Positions 60,645 through 64,000 of a stretch of 64,000 nucleotides of DNA are shown here, in pieces. Made by a program: the position numbers and the translations under genes. Origin of the DNA: Mytilus trossulus (lineage: Eukaryota); contig NC_086380.1 in assembly GCF_036588685.1 (NCBI RefSeq), positions 33,530,313-33,594,312 on the forward strand. Reading direction: 5' to 3'. The notes beneath the pieces were generated by a model, which worked only from the letters and a program-made list of their open reading frames with translations, searched no databases and was not told the DNA's origin. Numbering within the stretch: position 1 is the stretch's first letter; each line of letters opens with the position of its first letter.

Positions 60645-60707
60645 AGAACACCATCCATATGTAATAGCAGTGAATAGACTTGGTTTTCACATTCAGGAAA
60701 GATGCTT
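60645..60707 (+). CDS. gene C exon 5 (G-EHHPYVIAVNRLGFHIQERC-L)
   Basis: Acceptor TTTTCAG and donor GTGAGT. 63 nt. Confidence 0.8.
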
Positions 60708-61441
60708 GTGAGTATTATCAATTATTATAACTCTATAAAATTCTTTGGAAGATGCCTTTTTTTCTTTCTGAAAATAAACATGATAAAGGGCAATATTTTA
60801 TAATTTGATATTTCTATCAAGAAATTAAGAATGAAACAATAAAATAAAAAAAATAATTCAATGGAATCCAATTGTAATGAATATTTCATTGAGAATTTTT
60901 AAATTCTTTGATTTACCATTACAAACCTTGTATTAGACTTTGTGGTTTTGATTAAGTGTTGTGAGGGGTTTCTTCAGTCCTGTACTCCATCAACATAATA
61001 AATGAAAACAATAAATAAAAGAACTTTCATTTCTAGACTTAGTTTTCTTTTAGGGCAAAGATATAATCAGTTTTTTTGCCCCATTGATGGGCATTATTGG
61101 CTCCATTTATGGACATTATGTTTTCTGGTCTGTGCGTCCCTCTGTTTGTTTGTTCGTTTGTCCATCTGTCAGTCCGTTCATTCTGCTTCAGGTTTTGGGT
61201 CAAGGTAGGTCAAAGTTTTTGATCAAGGTAGTTTTTGATGAAGTTGAAGTCGATCAACTTAGTATACATGTTCCCTATGATATGATCTTTTTAATTTTAA
61301 TGCCAAATTAGAGATTCTACCTCATTTTCACAGTCCATAGAAAATGATAGTTCAGATGGGGCATCCATGTACGGTACTTAGGAACGATCTTTTTGCATAT
61401 TTATTATGTAGATGTTTAATTTTATTGAATATTTTGGTTAG

Positions 61442-61568
61442 ATATATTCACCACTACCCAGAGTTCATATACAAATACCTTACAGCCAATGGCAGAGAAT
61501 TCTTCAAACTTTGTGATTATGTTCATAAATTCTCAAAAGATATCATCTCTACCAGAAGAAAAGAACTG
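61442..61568 (+). CDS. gene C exon 6 (L-YIHHYPEFIYKYLTANGREFFKLCDYVHKFSKDIISTRRKEL)
   Basis: Acceptor TTGGTTAG and donor GTAGGT. 127 nt. Within ORF 61344..61601. Confidence 0.8.
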
Positions 61569-62100
61569 GTAGGTACTCTCATTGGGGTATTTGGAGAATA
61601 AATGTTAATACAAAATCAAATGTTTAACGATAATATATTTTAAAAGTTTGTTCATGCAGACTTTGGCAGAACCATGAACACTAAAAAAAAAATTCCAAAG
61701 AAAATTAATGAAAATAAGTGAATCCACAGCATACATACTGAAGTTTAAAAACATTTCAAAATAAGCAAAGCTAGGGTTTATTTGCCTATTAGAATTTCTT
61801 CATGATTTTAATAAAGAAAAACTTTTTTTTGGCAGGGGAGATAATTGAAACTATTAGATACTAAATAAAAGTATGATGTGATATAATGCAATAATTTCTT
61901 TTGTCTTGATTTGACAGATCCTAATACCTTTGATCAATTTGCATACAAACTATTTTGACCTATTTTTTACTATGATTATCTACCTATGATAGATTTAAGA
62001 TGAAAATCTAATGTATTTTATAAACGATCATCCAAGAAAGCAAATTAAATGTATACTTAAACTGAAGATATGAATTCATGCTATTCTACTCTCTTTTTAG

Positions 62101-62233
62101 AATGAAAGTAAAGAAACAGAGAAGAAGAAACACTTGGATTTCCTGGATATTTTAATAACAGCCAAAGATGACAATGGTGTCGGACTGACAGATGATGAAA
62201 TCAGGGCAGAAGTTGATACCTTCCTTTTTGCTG
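62101..62233 (+). CDS. gene C exon 7 ([45 protein letters not shown])
   Basis: Acceptor CTTTTTAG and donor GTAATT. 133 nt. Confidence 0.85.
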
Positions 62234-63178
62234 GTAATTTTTTAAACAATAAAAGTTCCACCTAATATTGAATTCAGTATTGCTGGTAACCACCAATTGT
62301 TTGCCTATTGTATTTATGTATATTAATATTCCCATATGCTGCCATCTTATCTATTTTAAGTTTTAAATTAAAGCAAACTTAACTTTTGATAGATTTGTGA
62401 TTGTCATTTCTATTAAAGATTATTTCTGATTGAATATGACTACTAGTAGCTACGATATATCTTCCATTTCACGTTGAATCATGTGCAAGGAATAGAGTTT
62501 GCCAGTATATCTCATGTAATAAAATAAAACAAACAAGTAAAGAGAAACTGTTCACTATGCCATTAACAAATATAATTTAAAGGAGATGTGGGGTATACAA
62601 TAACGAGACAGAAACCCAACCAAAAAAAACACCCAAAAGACAACTGAAGAGCATACAGTCTTCAAAAATAAACAGATGTATAAACAATATGTCAACCTCT
62701 GAATCTTCCAGAGTCGATAAAAAATGTTATTTATGTTAACAGAATTGCAGATGTCCATGTATTGACTTCAACTTAGGTCTATGATATACTTAGAAATTAT
62801 GTCATGATAAATAATTTGTTGGAAATTGCAGTACACTTGTAGAAAGATTATGCATTTAATTATTTAGTTTGTTTGACATCTAGATATCCTTATAGAAATA
62901 GGAGTTGAAACTCAGATCTCAACTATTATAAACTTGCATATTGAATACTGTAAATTTAGAAATTATTGCATGCATTTATTATTTCGATTTTGTCATTTTA
63001 GACTTGAATGCGATTTTAATTTTTACGATTTCGAGAAAAATCCTGTTAAATTCATATAAGATATTTCAAAATGCGAGTTTGAATTATTGGGTTTACAACT
63101 GAGTCGCATTTTTCGCAATAATTAAAACCTCGCATAAATTTCTGAACTTACAGTAATATGGTAGAGGTTATGTTCTAG

Positions 63179-63302
63179 GTCATGACACAACATCTTGTTT
63201 GCTCAGTTGGAGTATGTATTGTTTGGGTAAATTCAAAGATATCCAAGACAAAGTTTACGAGGAAATTAAACAGGTCATTGGCGGCAAAAATACTGTTGAC
63301 AG
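63179..63302 (+). CDS. gene C exon 8 ([43 protein letters not shown])
   Basis: Acceptor TGTTCTAG and donor GTAAAA. 124 nt. Within ORF 63182..63376. Confidence 0.8.
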
Positions 63303-64000
63303 GTAAAATTATATTTTATTTTAGTTTTCTTTCTATACAGTCACATAATAATACCAGTACCTTTGATTACAATTAGTAGCTTGAAAACAAGCTTTACATG
63401 ATTAATTAATTTTTATGCTTCATTTATTCTGGTCTGTGCATCCATTCGTTCGTCTGTCCTTTTGACTGTCTGTCCTGTTTCAGGTTAAAATTTTTGGTCC
63501 AGGTAGTTTTTGATGAAATTGAAGTTCAATCAACTTGAAACTTAGACACATGTTCCCTTTGATATGATCGTTCTAATTTTAATGCCAAATTAGAGTTTTT
63601 ACCCCATTTTCACGGTCCACTTAACATAAAAAAATGATAGTGCTGATGGGGCATCTGTGTAAATGGGGACACATTCTTGTTTTATGATTTATTAGATATA
63701 GCATTAGAAAATTACATTTTTGCAAATGATTATGAAATTGTGTCATCTTATACACCTACTGACAACTGTGATCATTCATTTATTTTTTCGTGCATACCAT
63801 TTTTAATGGATTGAGGAAGACTTGTATTTTTGTAAATATTTGATTTCGTGGTTTTGCCAAAGTCTGAATACATTCTTATAGAGAAGTCATTCATCTTACA
63901 TTGAAAAACAGGATTCACAGGTAATCATTAAAACCATAAAAATTGGTTTCCCACGAATAATAATGAATCCTCAGTATACAACTTATCAGTAAATAAGATT

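Larger units (their letters stand above)
56697..64000 (+). other. CYP4-like P450 gene C locus, partial: exons 1-8 in window, 3' part beyond window end
   Basis: Eight plus-strand exons with the same lengths and phases as genes A and B (165/202/128/125/63/127/133/124). No exon 9 was detected before position 64000. Confidence 0.8.

Noticed and set aside
1-64000. Prokaryotic-style features (operons, CRISPR arrays, RBS, rho-independent terminators, defence systems).
   Set aside because: The sequence is clearly eukaryotic: spliceosomal GT-AG introns, 12-exon P450 genes, SINEs and MITEs, 33-35% GC. No CRISPR-like repeat-spacer architecture was found. The only regular short tandem arrays are the 63-bp, 71-bp and 359-bp repeats explained above.

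Overview
This is a 64-kb AT-rich eukaryotic genomic window with no prokaryotic features. It is probably a bivalve mollusc, Mytilus-like; that is an inference from gene structure, repeat content and a hammerhead-ribozyme tandem repeat. Its core is a cluster of three paralogous cytochrome P450 clan-4 (CYP4-like) genes. They share an identical 12-exon layout, with conserved exon lengths and phases, GT-AG introns, the heme loop FSAGPRNCIG, PERF and ExxR motifs.

Gene A is on the minus strand (ATG 19419 to stop 3882, complete, about 504 aa). Gene B is on the plus strand (ATG 29466 to stop 50577, complete, about 505 aa) and lies head-to-head with A. Gene C is on the plus strand (ATG 56697 onward, exons 1-8 in the window, the rest beyond 64000).

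The introns and intergenic DNA are saturated with repeats. The most unusual are two intronic satellites in gene A that were built by tandem amplification of exon/intron junctions. (1) A 63-bp satellite of about 58 copies in two blocks (12305-14350 and 14898-16515). Its monomer is the last 50 nt of exon 4 plus the first 13 nt of intron 4, including an intact AGG|GTAAGA 5' splice site. The terminal copy is exon 4 itself. (2) A 71-bp array of about 11 copies (4975-5750) derived from the exon 10/intron 10 junction, with degenerate copies in the orthologous intron of gene B.

Other notable content follows. There is a 4-copy tandem array of a ~359-bp retrozyme-like unit with a complete minimal type-I hammerhead ribozyme (24120-25562), plus a decayed fragment in a gene B intron. 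Gene B intron 11 holds an inverted segmental duplication of tRNA-derived SINE copies with a nested TIR element. A poly-G-bearing TIR element lies 0.5 kb upstream of gene A, with a solo TIR and a miniature relative elsewhere. There is a ~950-bp perfect-arm palindrome downstream of gene B. A GA-rich purine tract flanked by 20-bp inverted repeats lies 180 bp upstream of gene C. Several MITE/SINE-like families are present.

All coordinates were derived by eye from the sequence. Exon boundaries should be accurate to a few nucleotides. The long ORFs in the ORF track over 12.2-16.5 kb are artefacts of the 63-bp (21-codon) satellite.
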